From Firmicutes bacterium ADurb.Bin193 (GTDB lineage: Bacteria; Bacillota; Clostridia; Monoglobales; Firm-18), in contig MWCQ01000012.1 in assembly GCA_002070105.1 (NCBI GenBank), forward strand, positions 6,754 to 70,753: a stretch of DNA of 64,000 nucleotides, written 5' to 3'. Positions 43,927 through 56,048 of this stretch are shown here, piece after piece. The first letter of the stretch is position 1, and each line of letters starts with the position of its first letter. A program made the position numbers and the translations under genes. The notes under the pieces were generated by a model. It saw nothing but the letters and a program-made list of their open reading frames with translations. It was not told the origin of the DNA and made no database searches.

Positions 43927-45579
43927 ATGGAAGAGAGCGGCTCGAATTTTATCCATGATATAATCGAAGCGGATTTGAAGGAGGGAAGGGTTACAAACAT
44001 TGTTACCCGCTTTCCGCCGGAGCCTAACGGCTATTTGCATATCGGAAGCGCAAAGGCTATATGGATTAACTATACCGCCGCGAAAAAATACGGCGGAAAG
44101 TTTAATTTGAGATATGACGACACCAATCCCGTTAAGGAGGACGACGAGTTTGTCCGCTCTATCGAGGAGGATTTGAACTGGCTTGGGGCTGTGCCAACAG
44201 GCGGGATTTTCTATGGTTCGGACTATTTTGACAAGTGCTATGAATTCGCCGAAAAGCTTATTATGGACAAAAAGGCGTTTGTATGCGACCTTACGCAGGA
44301 GCAGATGAGCGAATACCGCGGAACGCTCACCGAGCCGGGGAAGGACAGCCCCTATAAAAACAGAAGCGTAGAAGAAAATCTTGACCTTTTCAGGCGTATG
44401 AAGGCGGGGGAGTTTGCAGACGGCGAAAAAACACTCCGCGCGATAATAGATATGTCCTCGCCGAATATGAATATGCGAGATCCTGTTATATACAGGATTA
44501 TTCACGCCAATCACCACCGCCAGGGCAACAAGTGGTGTATATATCCGATGTACGACTTTGCGCACCCAATTCAGGACGCGCTTGAGGGGATAACCCACTC
44601 GCTTTGCAGTATTGAGTTTGAAAATCATCGCCCGCTTTATGACTGGGTGATTGACAATATCGGCTTTGAGCAAAAGCCGCACCAATACGAGTTTGCGCGG
44701 CTTAACATGACATACACCGTTATGAGCAAGAGGTATCTCCGAAAGCTTGTCGAGACAAAGACGGTTGACGGCTGGGATGACCCCAGGATGCCTACGCTGT
44801 GTGGGCTCAGAAGAAGAGGATATACCCCTTCGGCGATATTTGAGTTTATCTCGCGAAGCGGCGTTTCAAAAACATATTCAATGGCGGATTCGGGCTTTTT
44901 GGAATATTGTATATGTGAGGAGCTTAACGAAACCGCACTTCGGCGCATTGCGATAAAAGAGCCGTTAAAGGTTATAATAACCAACTATCCCGAAGGAAAA
45001 ACAGAGTATTTTGAGATGCCGAACCACCCGAAAAAGCCTGAGCTCGGAACGAGAAGCCTGCCCTTCGGGCGTGAAATTTATATTGAAAGGTCAGACTTTG
45101 AAAAAGAGCAGATACTCGGCTTTATAAGGCTTATACCGGGCGGTGAGGTTCGTCTTATGGGCGCATATATATTAAAATGCACCAATGTTATATGCGGCGC
45201 GGACGGCGAGGTTTTATCCCTTGAAGGAACGGTTGACCTTGAAACGAGGAACAACAAGCCGATTGACGGGAGGAAGGTAAAGGGCACGATTCACTGGCTT
45301 TCGTTGCAGCATTGCATTGATACGCAGATAAGGGAGTATAACCATCTTTTTAACAGGGAAAATGTCGCAAACCTTTTGGAGGACGACAATTTTAACGAGT
45401 TTATAAACCCCGACTCGCTTGTAATATACGAAAACTGCAAGGCGGAAAAAGCGCTTGAAGGCGCAAAAGACGGCGAAAGGTTTCAGTTTGTGCGCTCGGG
45501 CTACTTTACCCCAGACAGCAAATACAACGGTGTGTTTAACCGTATCGCCCCGCTGAAGAGCAGCTATAAACCGGAGTAA
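43927..45579 (+). CDS. glnS: Glutamine--tRNA ligase
   Basis: RFPPEPNGYLHIGSAKA (HIGH) and VMSKRYL (KMSKS). 550 aa. Confidence 0.9.
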   Translation: MEESGSNFIHDIIEADLKEGRVTNIVTRFPPEPNGYLHIGSAKAIWINYTAAKKYGGKFNLRYDDTNPVKEDDEFVRSIEEDLNWLGAVPTGGIFYGSDYFDKCYEFAEKLIMDKKAFVCDLTQEQMSEYRGTLTEPGKDSPYKNRSVEENLDLFRRMKAGEFADGEKTLRAIIDMSSPNMNMRDPVIYRIIHANHHRQGNKWCIYPMYDFAHPIQDALEGITHSLCSIEFENHRPLYDWVIDNIGFEQKPHQYEFARLNMTYTVMSKRYLRKLVETKTVDGWDDPRMPTLCGLRRRGYTPSAIFEFISRSGVSKTYSMADSGFLEYCICEELNETALRRIAIKEPLKVIITNYPEGKTEYFEMPNHPKKPELGTRSLPFGREIYIERSDFEKEQILGFIRLIPGGEVRLMGAYILKCTNVICGADGEVLSLEGTVDLETRNNKPIDGRKVKGTIHWLSLQHCIDTQIREYNHLFNRENVANLLEDDNFNEFINPDSLVIYENCKAEKALEGAKDGERFQFVRSGYFTPDSKYNGVFNRIAPLKSSYKPE

Positions 45580-45589
45580 ATATTCATAC

Positions 45590-45625
45590 AAAACCCGCCC
45601 ACTTTTAGATAAAGCGGGCGGGTTT
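45590..45625 (+). terminator. Terminator hairpin after glnS
   Basis: AAACCCGCCC (45591-45600) / GGGCGGGTTT (45616-45625), followed by GATGTT. Confidence 0.55.
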
Positions 45626-45731
45626 GATGTTGCCTAAAATCTTCCTCAAACAGAAGGGTTGACATTGTATTGGAAATGAATTAGAATTAAGCTGCATCAA
45701 GAAATAAACTTTGATATGGAGGGGAATAACC

Positions 45732-46805
45732 TTGTTAAACAATTGCATTAAGCCCGGGCAAGTCTGGCTTGATACCGACGGAAAGCGCATACATGCCCAT
45801 GGCGGATCCATTATAACTGTTGACGATACATTCTATTGGTATGGCGAGAACAAGGAGAAGACGCTGCCCGATGATGATATCTGGCATTGGGGCATTCGGT
45901 GCTATGCCTCAAAGGATTTATATAACTGGGAGGATAAGGGGTTAATCATACCGCCCGAGCCGGACGATATAGAATCGCCGTTGCATCCTTCAAAGGGTGT
46001 GGACAGGCCACATATACTCTACAACAAAAAAACAAAGAAATATGTCTGTTGGCTAAAAGTAATGGGAAAGCAGGGTCGCCAGACAGAAACGGTGCTGACT
46101 GCCGATAATATATTAGGCCCTTACACGATTGTAAACCGAGAGCTTATGCCTTTGGGTATGAACGGGGGAGATTTTGATTTGGTGGCGCACAGTGACGGAA
46201 AGGCTTATTATTATTTCGAGAGAGTTCATAAAGAGATTATATGCGCCGATTTAACCGATGATTATACCGATGTAACCGGCTATTACTCTACACATTTTCC
46301 ACAGCCGTTCCCGCCGTTTGTCAGGGAGGCACCGGCGCATTTTTACCGTAAGGGCAAGCATTATATGTTCACTTCCGGCACAACGGGCTATCACCCGAAT
46401 CCTACGGAGGTAGCGGTAGCAAAAACCTATCATGGTCCATGGGAGGTGCTCGGCAACCCGCACAGGAATGACCCGTCTCGAACATCCTTTAATTCGCAGA
46501 TTTCGTCGGTATTTAAGCATCCGTATAAAAAGGATTTGTACATAGCCCTTGCCGACAGATGGATAACAGATTTACCCGCCAGGTCGGGCGGACTGTTTGA
46601 AACCGGTGAACAATATCAAAAAACAGCCGATTGGTATGAATCTTTATTTAATCCCGACAAAGAAAAGCCGAGCGGAGAGAATCAATTTCCGGATAAAAAA
46701 GTAAACACCTCAATAGCCGATTATGTTTGGTTACCGGTCAAATTTGACGGTGACATTCCTTATTTGGAATGGTACGACCAATGGCGCATAGAGGATTTCG
46801 AATAA
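45732..46805 (+). CDS. Glycoside hydrolase family 43-like protein
   Basis: GQVWLDTDGKRIHAHGGSII..DDTFYWYGENK and REAPAHFYRKGKHYMFTSG are five-bladed-propeller GH43-like blocks. TTG 45732 follows GGAGGGG (start uncertain; the ORF track gives 45711). Confidence 0.55.
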   Translation: MLNNCIKPGQVWLDTDGKRIHAHGGSIITVDDTFYWYGENKEKTLPDDDIWHWGIRCYASKDLYNWEDKGLIIPPEPDDIESPLHPSKGVDRPHILYNKKTKKYVCWLKVMGKQGRQTETVLTADNILGPYTIVNRELMPLGMNGGDFDLVAHSDGKAYYYFERVHKEIICADLTDDYTDVTGYYSTHFPQPFPPFVREAPAHFYRKGKHYMFTSGTTGYHPNPTEVAVAKTYHGPWEVLGNPHRNDPSRTSFNSQISSVFKHPYKKDLYIALADRWITDLPARSGGLFETGEQYQKTADWYESLFNPDKEKPSGENQFPDKKVNTSIADYVWLPVKFDGDIPYLEWYDQWRIEDFE

Positions 46806-46851
46806 AGGAAACGGCGAGGTCGCCCCAAACAAACAAAGGAGTCAAAGTATT

Positions 46852-48129
46852 ATGAATAATAAATATCTGATACTTACTATGATTGTCATGTTCATAGTAT
46901 TATCTGTCATCGGTATTCTAATATCGAACGCTGAAGATGAATTGAAGCAACCCGAAGAAATCAAAGTTATATTTAACGGAAAAAAGCTGGAATTTGATGT
47001 GCCCCCTATGATAGTTAATGACAGGACTTTGGTACCTTTCAGGGCTTTGTTTGAGGCTATGGGTGCAACAATTCACTGGGATGAGGCGACACAGACTGTT
47101 ACGGGAGTGAAGGATACAATTACTATTCAGCTGAAAATTGATTATAATATAGCTAATGTCAATGGAAAAGAAATCGAACTTGATACTCCCGCCATGCTGG
47201 TTAATTCAAGAACAATGGTGCCGCTAAGATTTGTCTCCGAAAATTTTAATATGAATGTATCGTGGGATGATGAAACCAAAACTATTGAAATAAAATCTGA
47301 TAAAGAAGTTCAAAATACCGCGGCAAACGCGATAGATAATGTGTTTTTGTATAAAACTGTCGGAGAAAAAAAGCTGTATGCGAAAGTATTTAAACCTGAA
47401 GATTGGAAAGCCACGGATAAAAGAAGTGTTGTAGTATACTTTCATGGCGGAGGATGGCAGCAGGGAGATAAAGAACAATTTGATGTTCATGGGAAGGCAT
47501 TAGCCAAAAAAGGACTTGTTGCGATCTCGGTTGATTACCGGTTGAGAAAGAAAAATGATCAAAATCCTACGACGCCTGTTGAATGTGTCGAAGATGCCAG
47601 AGATGCGATTATTTGGGTCAGGCAAAACGCCCAAACACTTGGGATAGACCCAAACAGAGTGATTGCATCCGGGTTGTCGGCAGGCGGGCATCTCGCAATG
47701 ATGACCGGTGTAAAGGATTCGGATATAGCGGTTGTTAAAAATATGGAGTTTTCGATTCCGAATGTAATCGTTACCATAAGCGGTGTTTTGGACGCGGTTG
47801 AATTTTTGGAACAATATAATGGAGGAGAAGGATTTTTCAATAGGACATATTATGGGAAGAAGGATGTTAGGGAATTAACGGCGGCTTTATCCCCATACCA
47901 ATTGCTGACAGCTGATTTCCCGCCAACCCTTATCATTCACGGAACCGCGGATACGACGGTACCCTATGCGCAGGCAACTAAAGCGAAGAATAAACTGGAT
48001 CAGTTGGGTGTTAAGAATGATTTGCTTACCATAAACGGCGGGACACATGGATTATTCCCCCAAATTAGCGGAAGCGTAGAAAAAACAGTAGAAACCATTA
48101 TTTCTTTTTCAAACAGCGTTCTGAATTAG
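46852..48129 (+). CDS. Secreted or anchored alpha/beta-hydrolase (esterase) with two copper-amine-oxidase-N-like 'stalk' repeats
   Basis: N-terminal TM helix; NDRTLVPFRALFEAMGA and NSRTMVPLRFVSENF repeats; HGGGW and GLSAGGH (GxSxG). Confidence 0.65.
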   Translation: MNNKYLILTMIVMFIVLSVIGILISNAEDELKQPEEIKVIFNGKKLEFDVPPMIVNDRTLVPFRALFEAMGATIHWDEATQTVTGVKDTITIQLKIDYNIANVNGKEIELDTPAMLVNSRTMVPLRFVSENFNMNVSWDDETKTIEIKSDKEVQNTAANAIDNVFLYKTVGEKKLYAKVFKPEDWKATDKRSVVVYFHGGGWQQGDKEQFDVHGKALAKKGLVAISVDYRLRKKNDQNPTTPVECVEDARDAIIWVRQNAQTLGIDPNRVIASGLSAGGHLAMMTGVKDSDIAVVKNMEFSIPNVIVTISGVLDAVEFLEQYNGGEGFFNRTYYGKKDVRELTAALSPYQLLTADFPPTLIIHGTADTTVPYAQATKAKNKLDQLGVKNDLLTINGGTHGLFPQISGSVEKTVETIISFSNSVLN

Positions 48130-48184
48130 TTGCTCTACCCGAATGCGCTTAGCTATATTTTTCTATATATGATTTAAAAATAAT

Positions 48185-48217
48185 AAGTGGTATAATCTTT
48201 ACAAGATTATACCACTT
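48185..48217 (-). terminator. Terminator after the 48254..48886 gene (also faces the end of the convergent plus-strand gene)
   Basis: 15-bp stem AAGTGGTATAATCTT / AAGATTATACCACTT. On the minus strand it is followed by ATTATTTTTAAA. Confidence 0.6.
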
Positions 48218-48253
48218 TCAACATAATTCAGCCCGAAAACGGGAATTATTATC

Positions 48254-48886
48254 CTAATCCTTTTTCGAAATCTCCGCTAAAATTTTAAAGGCATTGTTCT
48301 GTTGGGCTACCTTTTTTTCCTTTTTCTCGTCCCCCTGGGATAAGGCACGAACGCAGGCATAAATTTTTGCGTCACCCGAGGTCATTTTAAGCCCGGAGGC
48401 TGAAATGTCATAGGCATATACAGGCTCGTCCCCACCCACTATGCCCGATATATCGGTAAACAGACCCTGCTTTTCAAAAAGGAGGAAATAATGCTCGTCC
48501 ATAAAATACAAAAAGCTCTCCCCCGCAATGGTTTCAAGCTGTGCCCTCTGCAAAAGCGCCGCCTGTTCGGGCGTTTCCACACGGTCGGGAATGGTAAACG
48601 GTGAGAAAAAAACGCTTTTAATCCCGTCCCCGTTCACATCGTCAATATAATCGGCAAACTCAAGCTCCAACGACCGTATTTCCTCATCGGTCCAGCTTAT
48701 GTTACCGAGATAGCTTACCGTTGTGTCGGGTTGAATCCTATTCATACACTCCACTAATGTCACTATAATCACAAACAGTATTACGATGCCCGTAATTGTA
48801 TGCACTTTATAGTAATACCAATAATTTTCAATCCACTTGGCAAAGGTCTGCGGTGCGCTGTTGGCTGTTTTTTCTGATTTTTCCAT
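48254..48886 (-). CDS. Membrane-anchored hypothetical protein
   Basis: One N-terminal TM helix (ITGIVILFVIIVTLV). No recognised motif. Confidence 0.5.
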   Translation of the reverse strand: MEKSEKTANSAPQTFAKWIENYWYYYKVHTITGIVILFVIIVTLVECMNRIQPDTTVSYLGNISWTDEEIRSLELEFADYIDDVNGDGIKSVFFSPFTIPDRVETPEQAALLQRAQLETIAGESFLYFMDEHYFLLFEKQGLFTDISGIVGGDEPVYAYDISASGLKMTSGDAKIYACVRALSQGDEKKEKKVAQQNNAFKILAEISKKD

Positions 48887-49046
48887 TAAAATTCCTTCTT
48901 TTGATTATCCGAAATTTCGCTAACCCTGTCACTTTCGAGGCAACGCCGAAGTATCTTTAAGATTCTTCACTTTGCTCAGGATGACAAGTATGTTAAACAA
49001 AATAATTTAAGCAGACAAAAGACATCTAAACTTTTCGGTACCTTTG

Positions 49047-51034
<1,988 letters not shown>

Positions 51035-51097
51035 AACAATACCACTCCTTTATTTGTAATACGAAAGTCGAATATGTGATATTTGAATTTTCGTTTC

Positions 51098-51126
51098 ATT
51101 ATATACAATATTTCTATAAATGTCAA
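51098..51126 (-). promoter_or_regulatory. Consensus sigma-A promoter for greA-lysS
   Basis: Minus strand reads TTGACA (51126-51121), 17-nt spacer, TATAAT (51103-51098). Confidence 0.65.
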
Positions 51127-51184
51127 TCTTTTTTTCAGCGCATGGGGAATTGCATTTTAACGCTGAAGGAAGGCGCTTATCGCC

Positions 51185-51979
51185 TTAACGCCTTATTCCG
51201 AAAATTGAGGTTGGGACAATATCCGTTCCGCATCTGAAAGCTGTAATTTTATAGTCCGCCTTTGAACCGGTTACAAGCTCGAATGCTTCGGCAAGAGAGA
51301 GGCTGTCTATTTTGTAGGGAAGGTTATGGCTAAGCGAAACATCAATCCAATCAACACTGTTTTTTCTTGTTATAGTATGCTCGCAACTGGCATCAATTAA
51401 AATGGTATTTTTCGACATAACGGGGATTGTGGTGCCTGTTTTGACGGCTATATCGCAGTTTACCTTTGAATCGGAGCCTGCTATAATTATGGGAATGCCG
51501 TATTCGTCCAAAATTTTTTCGGATATCTCGGAAGCTCTTTTTGCATTTTTTGATATAACTGTTATATATTTAAAGTTATCGCAAAGATTTTCGACAAGCG
51601 AAAGAGCAAGCGACGGATTTTCCTCGCTTATGGCAATGGAGCCGCTTTTGGGGTCTACACCCGCGATTTTTGCGATTTTTTTTATTATTTTCGGGGTTAG
51701 GCGTCTGTAAAATATTTTTCCTTTCGCCAATGTAATGCTGTCCGTATCGAATAATTTGAATTTTGACAAAAAACTTTGGGTGCAGACGGCTACGCTTATG
51801 CCGTTTTCGGTCAGAGTTTTTTCAAGGTTTTTGATTTTGTTACCGACAAAAAAGGAAACCGCCTCTATATCATAATCCTCAAGGTACAAAGTCTCTAAAG
51901 TCCTTACGAATAAACGGTCAAACAGAGTCGGCTGTACAATCCGCTCATCCGAACGCGCAATAATTCCAAGCCTGTTCAA
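51185..51979 (-). CDS. Hypothetical protein
   Basis: 264-aa ORF with coding-like composition. No motif recognised. Confidence 0.5.
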   Translation of the reverse strand: MNRLGIIARSDERIVQPTLFDRLFVRTLETLYLEDYDIEAVSFFVGNKIKNLEKTLTENGISVAVCTQSFLSKFKLFDTDSITLAKGKIFYRRLTPKIIKKIAKIAGVDPKSGSIAISEENPSLALSLVENLCDNFKYITVISKNAKRASEISEKILDEYGIPIIIAGSDSKVNCDIAVKTGTTIPVMSKNTILIDASCEHTITRKNSVDWIDVSLSHNLPYKIDSLSLAEAFELVTGSKADYKITAFRCGTDIVPTSIFGIRR

Positions 51980-52013
51980 AAAACCACCCCCCGTTAAACA
52001 ACAGACACACTAA

Positions 52014-52050
52014 TAAACCCCTGCGTAATTTATTTATACGCAGGGGTTTT
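52014..52050 (-). terminator. Hairpin terminator downstream of the ctp gene (could act bidirectionally)
   Basis: CCCCTGCGTA / TACGCAGGGG 10-bp stem with T-rich flanks on both strands. Confidence 0.55.
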
Positions 52051-52108
52051 GGGTTTATACCAATTAAGGCTTGAAAGTAGGGTTGAACCGTGCTTCCTCG
52101 ATAAAGTA

Positions 52109-53269
52109 TTAAAGCTCGGATCTTAAAACCTCAACAGCTTTTTTATACTGCTCGTCGCTTTCGGTTTCAAGCTCAATCTCAAAATCAGGTTTAAGCCCGA
52201 TTTTATCAATGTCGTTGCCGTTTGGGGTAAAGTATTTTTCAACGGTAAGTTTTATAACGCTTTGGTCGGAAAGAGGATAGGTCACCTGAACTACGCCCTT
52301 GCCGTAGGTTGTTTTACCCACAAGTTTTATGCCCTTGTTGTCGCGCAGCGCACCCGCAAGAAGCTCTGCCGCGCTTGCGGTGTTTTCGTTAACAAGCAAA
52401 ACGATGGGGATGTCGACTCCCTCGTTATAGGTTCTATGGTCGAGCCTGTTTCCGTCTTTATCAAGAGTGTAGAAAATCAAATCTCCCTTGTTAAGAAGGC
52501 TGTTTGCGACACTCACAACCGAGCTTACAATACCGCCTCCGTTATCCCGAAGGTCGAGAACAATACCTTTTGCACCGCTTTCAACAAGAAAATTAAGGTT
52601 TTCCTTAAACTCATCTCCCGTTTCGGGGTCAAAGGTGTATAAACTTAAATGTCCGATGTCGCCGTCCATATTAGCATCCATAGAGGGGATGTGGATTTCG
52701 TCGCGCGTTACTTTTATATCGATGGTTTCGCCGCCCTCGGCCTTTAAAACCGTAAGAACAACATCGGTCCCCTTTTCGCCCTTCATTTTTGCGACGGCAA
52801 TGTCAAGGTCGCTGTCCGAAACGCTTTCACCGTCGATTTTAACAATTCTGTCGCCTTTTACAAGCCCCGCCTTTTCCGCGGGGGAGTCCTTAATCGGCTT
52901 AACGATAATAACCGCCTTAAGCTCGGTATCCCACGAAACAAAAGCTCCGACACCGGCGTATGTTCCGCTTATCCGCTCGAAAAACAGCTTTGCCTCATCC
53001 AAAGTCATATAAGTCGTATAAGGGTCGCCGAGCGAATCAAGCATTGTGTCAACGGCTGTATCTATAAGCTTTTGCCTGTCAAACCCGTAATAGTATCTGT
53101 CGTCCAGAATGCTCAGAATCTCATTTATTTTTTCACCCTCCGGAAAGGATGGGGCAAAACGGGCTTTAAGCACAGATGAATAAAAGGCAGATGTAACCAA
53201 AAAGGTAACGGAAGCTGTCAGTATTGCGGTTGCTGTAATCAGTGAAACGGCTTTGTTGTTGTTTTTCAT
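52109..53269 (-). CDS. ctpA: S41 carboxy-terminal processing peptidase with PDZ domain
   Basis: PDZ (PAEKAGLVKGDRIVKIDG), LRDNGGG, NENTASAAELLAGAL, GKTTYGKG. Start taken at MKNNNK. Confidence 0.8.
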   Translation of the reverse strand: MKNNNKAVSLITATAILTASVTFLVTSAFYSSVLKARFAPSFPEGEKINEILSILDDRYYYGFDRQKLIDTAVDTMLDSLGDPYTTYMTLDEAKLFFERISGTYAGVGAFVSWDTELKAVIIVKPIKDSPAEKAGLVKGDRIVKIDGESVSDSDLDIAVAKMKGEKGTDVVLTVLKAEGGETIDIKVTRDEIHIPSMDANMDGDIGHLSLYTFDPETGDEFKENLNFLVESGAKGIVLDLRDNGGGIVSSVVSVANSLLNKGDLIFYTLDKDGNRLDHRTYNEGVDIPIVLLVNENTASAAELLAGALRDNKGIKLVGKTTYGKGVVQVTYPLSDQSVIKLTVEKYFTPNGNDIDKIGLKPDFEIELETESDEQYKKAVEVLRSEL

Positions 53270-53291
53270 TATTTCTCCTTTACTTATTGGT

Positions 53292-54467
53292 TTATCGATA
53301 ATAAGACATCGGGTCAACATTCGTTCCGCCAACGATTATCTCATAGTGAAGGTGAGGACCTGTCGAAATGCCCGTGCTTCCGACGCGCATAATCTGCTGA
53401 CCTTTTTTAACGCTGTCGCCTTCCGATACCAAAAGTGCGCTTCCGTGGGCGTAGAGTGTTGCAATACCGCCGCCGTGGTCTATCATAATATAGTTTCCGT
53501 AGGACGCGCTGTAAAGCGAACGGATAACCTTTCCGTCGTTGGCGGCAACAACAGATGCACCGTATTGCGCACCTATATCAACACCGTAGTGCATTTTATT
53601 CTTTTTAAGAACGGGGTGATATCTTGAGCCGAAGGGAGAGGTAATGGTATAACAGCTCGGTGTGGGCCACGCCATTGTGCCGCCGGAGTATTTTGTGTTT
53701 TTGCTCATCTTCGCAGCGGCCGCAGCTTTTTCCTGTCGGTCAAGCTCTTCTTCCTGTTTATATCGCTTTTCAAGCTCCGCAACCGTTGCCTTGCTTTCGT
53801 CAAAAATAGCGTTTCGCTTGGCCTGCTCAACAGAAAGCGTCTTCTTTTCGGCCTGAAGGTCGGACATCTTTTTTTGCTGCTCGGCCCTCTCAACCTTAAC
53901 CAACTGTGTTGTTTCCTCGATTTTCTGCATCGAATTTCGGAGTGAATTAAGCCTGTCGTTGTCGTACTTTGCAATCTGCTGTATTATTTCGAATCTGTTA
54001 AGAAAATCCGTAAGGCTTACCGACGACAAAAGGGCATCGAGATAACTGTCGGTACCCTGCTCATACATAATTCTTATGCGTTTTTTAAGGGTTTCATACT
54101 GCAAATCCGCATTCTTTTTGATATCCTTAAGCTCCGCCTCAAGAACGGCAAGACGGGCAGTATGTACATCTACATCTTTTTGTATAGCCTCTACTCTGGC
54201 TTCAATCTCGGCAACCTTTTGGTCGGATTTCTTTTTTTCTTCAAGGAGGTTTCGCTGAAGCGCCTTTTCCCGGTCTATCTCACTTTGAATTTTACGCATC
54301 GTATCCTGACGGTTTACGGCGGGCGCGGCATCGGCGATAAAATTGAAAATAACCGGTATTATAAATACCGCAAGAAAAAAGAATACTACGATTATGGCAG
54401 TAATTTTTATTGTTTTTGCACTTAATTTCAAAATTCCAACCACACCTTTCGTATATTTCCTAAACAT
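53292..54467 (-). CDS. M23 family metallopeptidase with long coiled coil (EnvC-like murein hydrolase activator)
   Basis: HYGVDIGA...YAHGS...GSTGISTGPHLHYEI, preceded by about 230 aa of coiled coil. Directly downstream of ftsEX. Confidence 0.8.
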   Translation of the reverse strand: MFRKYTKGVVGILKLSAKTIKITAIIVVFFFLAVFIIPVIFNFIADAAPAVNRQDTMRKIQSEIDREKALQRNLLEEKKKSDQKVAEIEARVEAIQKDVDVHTARLAVLEAELKDIKKNADLQYETLKKRIRIMYEQGTDSYLDALLSSVSLTDFLNRFEIIQQIAKYDNDRLNSLRNSMQKIEETTQLVKVERAEQQKKMSDLQAEKKTLSVEQAKRNAIFDESKATVAELEKRYKQEEELDRQEKAAAAAKMSKNTKYSGGTMAWPTPSCYTITSPFGSRYHPVLKKNKMHYGVDIGAQYGASVVAANDGKVIRSLYSASYGNYIMIDHGGGIATLYAHGSALLVSEGDSVKKGQQIMRVGSTGISTGPHLHYEIIVGGTNVDPMSYYR

Positions 54468-55350
54468 GAAGATGGCGTCTTAATGATATTAAGCTTCCGA
54501 GCGCGCCGATTACGGTACCCATTCCCGCAAGCGATGCAGTCAGTATACCGGCAACAGCACCGAATGTATAAAGCGATATAGAGCCCGTAAAAACATCCCC
54601 CACAAGGTTTAAAAAGCGGATATAAACCTGCGAGAGAACAGCAACGGAGAAAAGTGCGCCTATAATTCCTATAATAATACCCTCAATCATAAACGGAAGG
54701 CTTATAAACCAGTCGGTTGCGCCGATAAATTTCATAATATTAACCTCACGGCGCCTTGCGAAAATGGTAATCCGAATGGCGTTGGATATGATGAATATCG
54801 AAACAAGCGCAAAGACAACCATTATCCAGAAGCTGACGGTTTTTACAACGGATGTAACGCTTATAAGCTTTTCTATGGTATCCTTATTGTTTTTGATGTT
54901 TGCGATTTCTTCGATTTCATTTATTTTCGAAACGGTTTCATCAACAAGAGAAAGGCTGTCGACCGTAATTTTATATGAATCGCGAAGGGGGTTGTCAAGC
55001 TCAAGCCCCTCAAGTATTTCCGAATTTTCGCCGAACTGCGCCTTCCAGCTGTCAAGAGCCTCCTTCTTTGAAACAAAAACAACCTTATTCACATTTGGAA
55101 TGGCTATAAGTATATCGGCAAGCTGTGCGGTGCGGGAGGAGGAGGTTCCATCCTTTATAAAAACCTGAATTTCATAATTTTCCTCAACCTGCCTTGCGAC
55201 ATAGTTAAGGTTTGCGGCAAAAAGCACATATATACCGAACATGATAAGACAAAGCATTATTGTTATAACGGAGGCAATCGACATAAGACCGTTTTTCAAA
55301 AAGCTCTTTACGCCCTCGTTTACAAAGTATTTGAAAGAGTTAAGATTCAT
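54460..55350 (-). CDS. ftsX: Cell-division permease-like protein FtsX
   Basis: Four TM segments with a large extracellular loop after TM1, and RREVNIMKFIGATDWFI. Confidence 0.85.
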   Translation of the reverse strand: MNLNSFKYFVNEGVKSFLKNGLMSIASVITIMLCLIMFGIYVLFAANLNYVARQVEENYEIQVFIKDGTSSSRTAQLADILIAIPNVNKVVFVSKKEALDSWKAQFGENSEILEGLELDNPLRDSYKITVDSLSLVDETVSKINEIEEIANIKNNKDTIEKLISVTSVVKTVSFWIMVVFALVSIFIISNAIRITIFARRREVNIMKFIGATDWFISLPFMIEGIIIGIIGALFSVAVLSQVYIRFLNLVGDVFTGSISLYTFGAVAGILTASLAGMGTVIGALGSLISLRRHLHV

Positions 55351-56023
55351 TTGAATACCCTCCGACCTCGTCGCGGATAATAGAGCCGTTGTCTATCTCG
55401 ATAACCCTTTTTTTCATTTTGTTGACAATGTCCCTTGCGTGGGTAACCGCAAGGACGGTTGTCCCCTTTTTGTTTATATCCTCAAGAAGCCTCATAATAT
55501 CGTAAGCGGTGGAAGGGTCAAGATTCCCCGTAGGCTCGTCCGCAATCAGCACGGGAGGGTTGTTAACCATTGCGCGCGCAAGCGAAACGCGCTGCTGCTC
55601 ACCGCCCGAAAGCTGGTTAGGTCGTACCCTTGCCTTGCTTGAAAGCCCGACCATGCTGAGAACATTGGGCACGCTTCGGCGGATTTCCTTTGTTGAGGCG
55701 CCTCTTACCTGCATGGCGAAGGCTATGTTGTCATAAACCGACTTGTTGGGAAGAAGCCTGAAATCCTGAAACACCATACCGAGCTGGCGCCTGTAATAGG
55801 GCATTTCTTTTTGCTTTAACCCGCCGACATTTATTCCGTTTATAAGTACGGAGCCGGAGGTTGGCTTTTCCTCACAAAGAATAAGCTTTGTAATAGTGGA
55901 TTTTCCTGCGCCGGAGGAGCCTACGATAAACACAAACTCACCCTTGTCCACAAAAAAACTCACATTATCCAAAGCAACGGTTCCGTTTTCATACTTTTTT
56001 GTTATATTGTTAAAGAATATCAA
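55340..56023 (-). CDS. ftsE: Cell-division ATP-binding protein FtsE
   Basis: [34 protein letters not shown]. Confidence 0.9.
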   Translation of the reverse strand: MIFFNNITKKYENGTVALDNVSFFVDKGEFVFIVGSSGAGKSTITKLILCEEKPTSGSVLINGINVGGLKQKEMPYYRRQLGMVFQDFRLLPNKSVYDNIAFAMQVRGASTKEIRRSVPNVLSMVGLSSKARVRPNQLSGGEQQRVSLARAMVNNPPVLIADEPTGNLDPSTAYDIMRLLEDINKKGTTVLAVTHARDIVNKMKKRVIEIDNGSIIRDEVGGYSNES

Positions 56024-56048
56024 AAGGGTTCACTCCCACGCCCAAGGG

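Noticed and set aside
43882-44685. 267-aa minus-strand ORF
   Set aside because: It lies entirely antisense to glnS, whose HIGH and KMSKS motifs make the plus-strand frame certain. The translation is low-complexity, Arg/Leu-rich shadow sequence.
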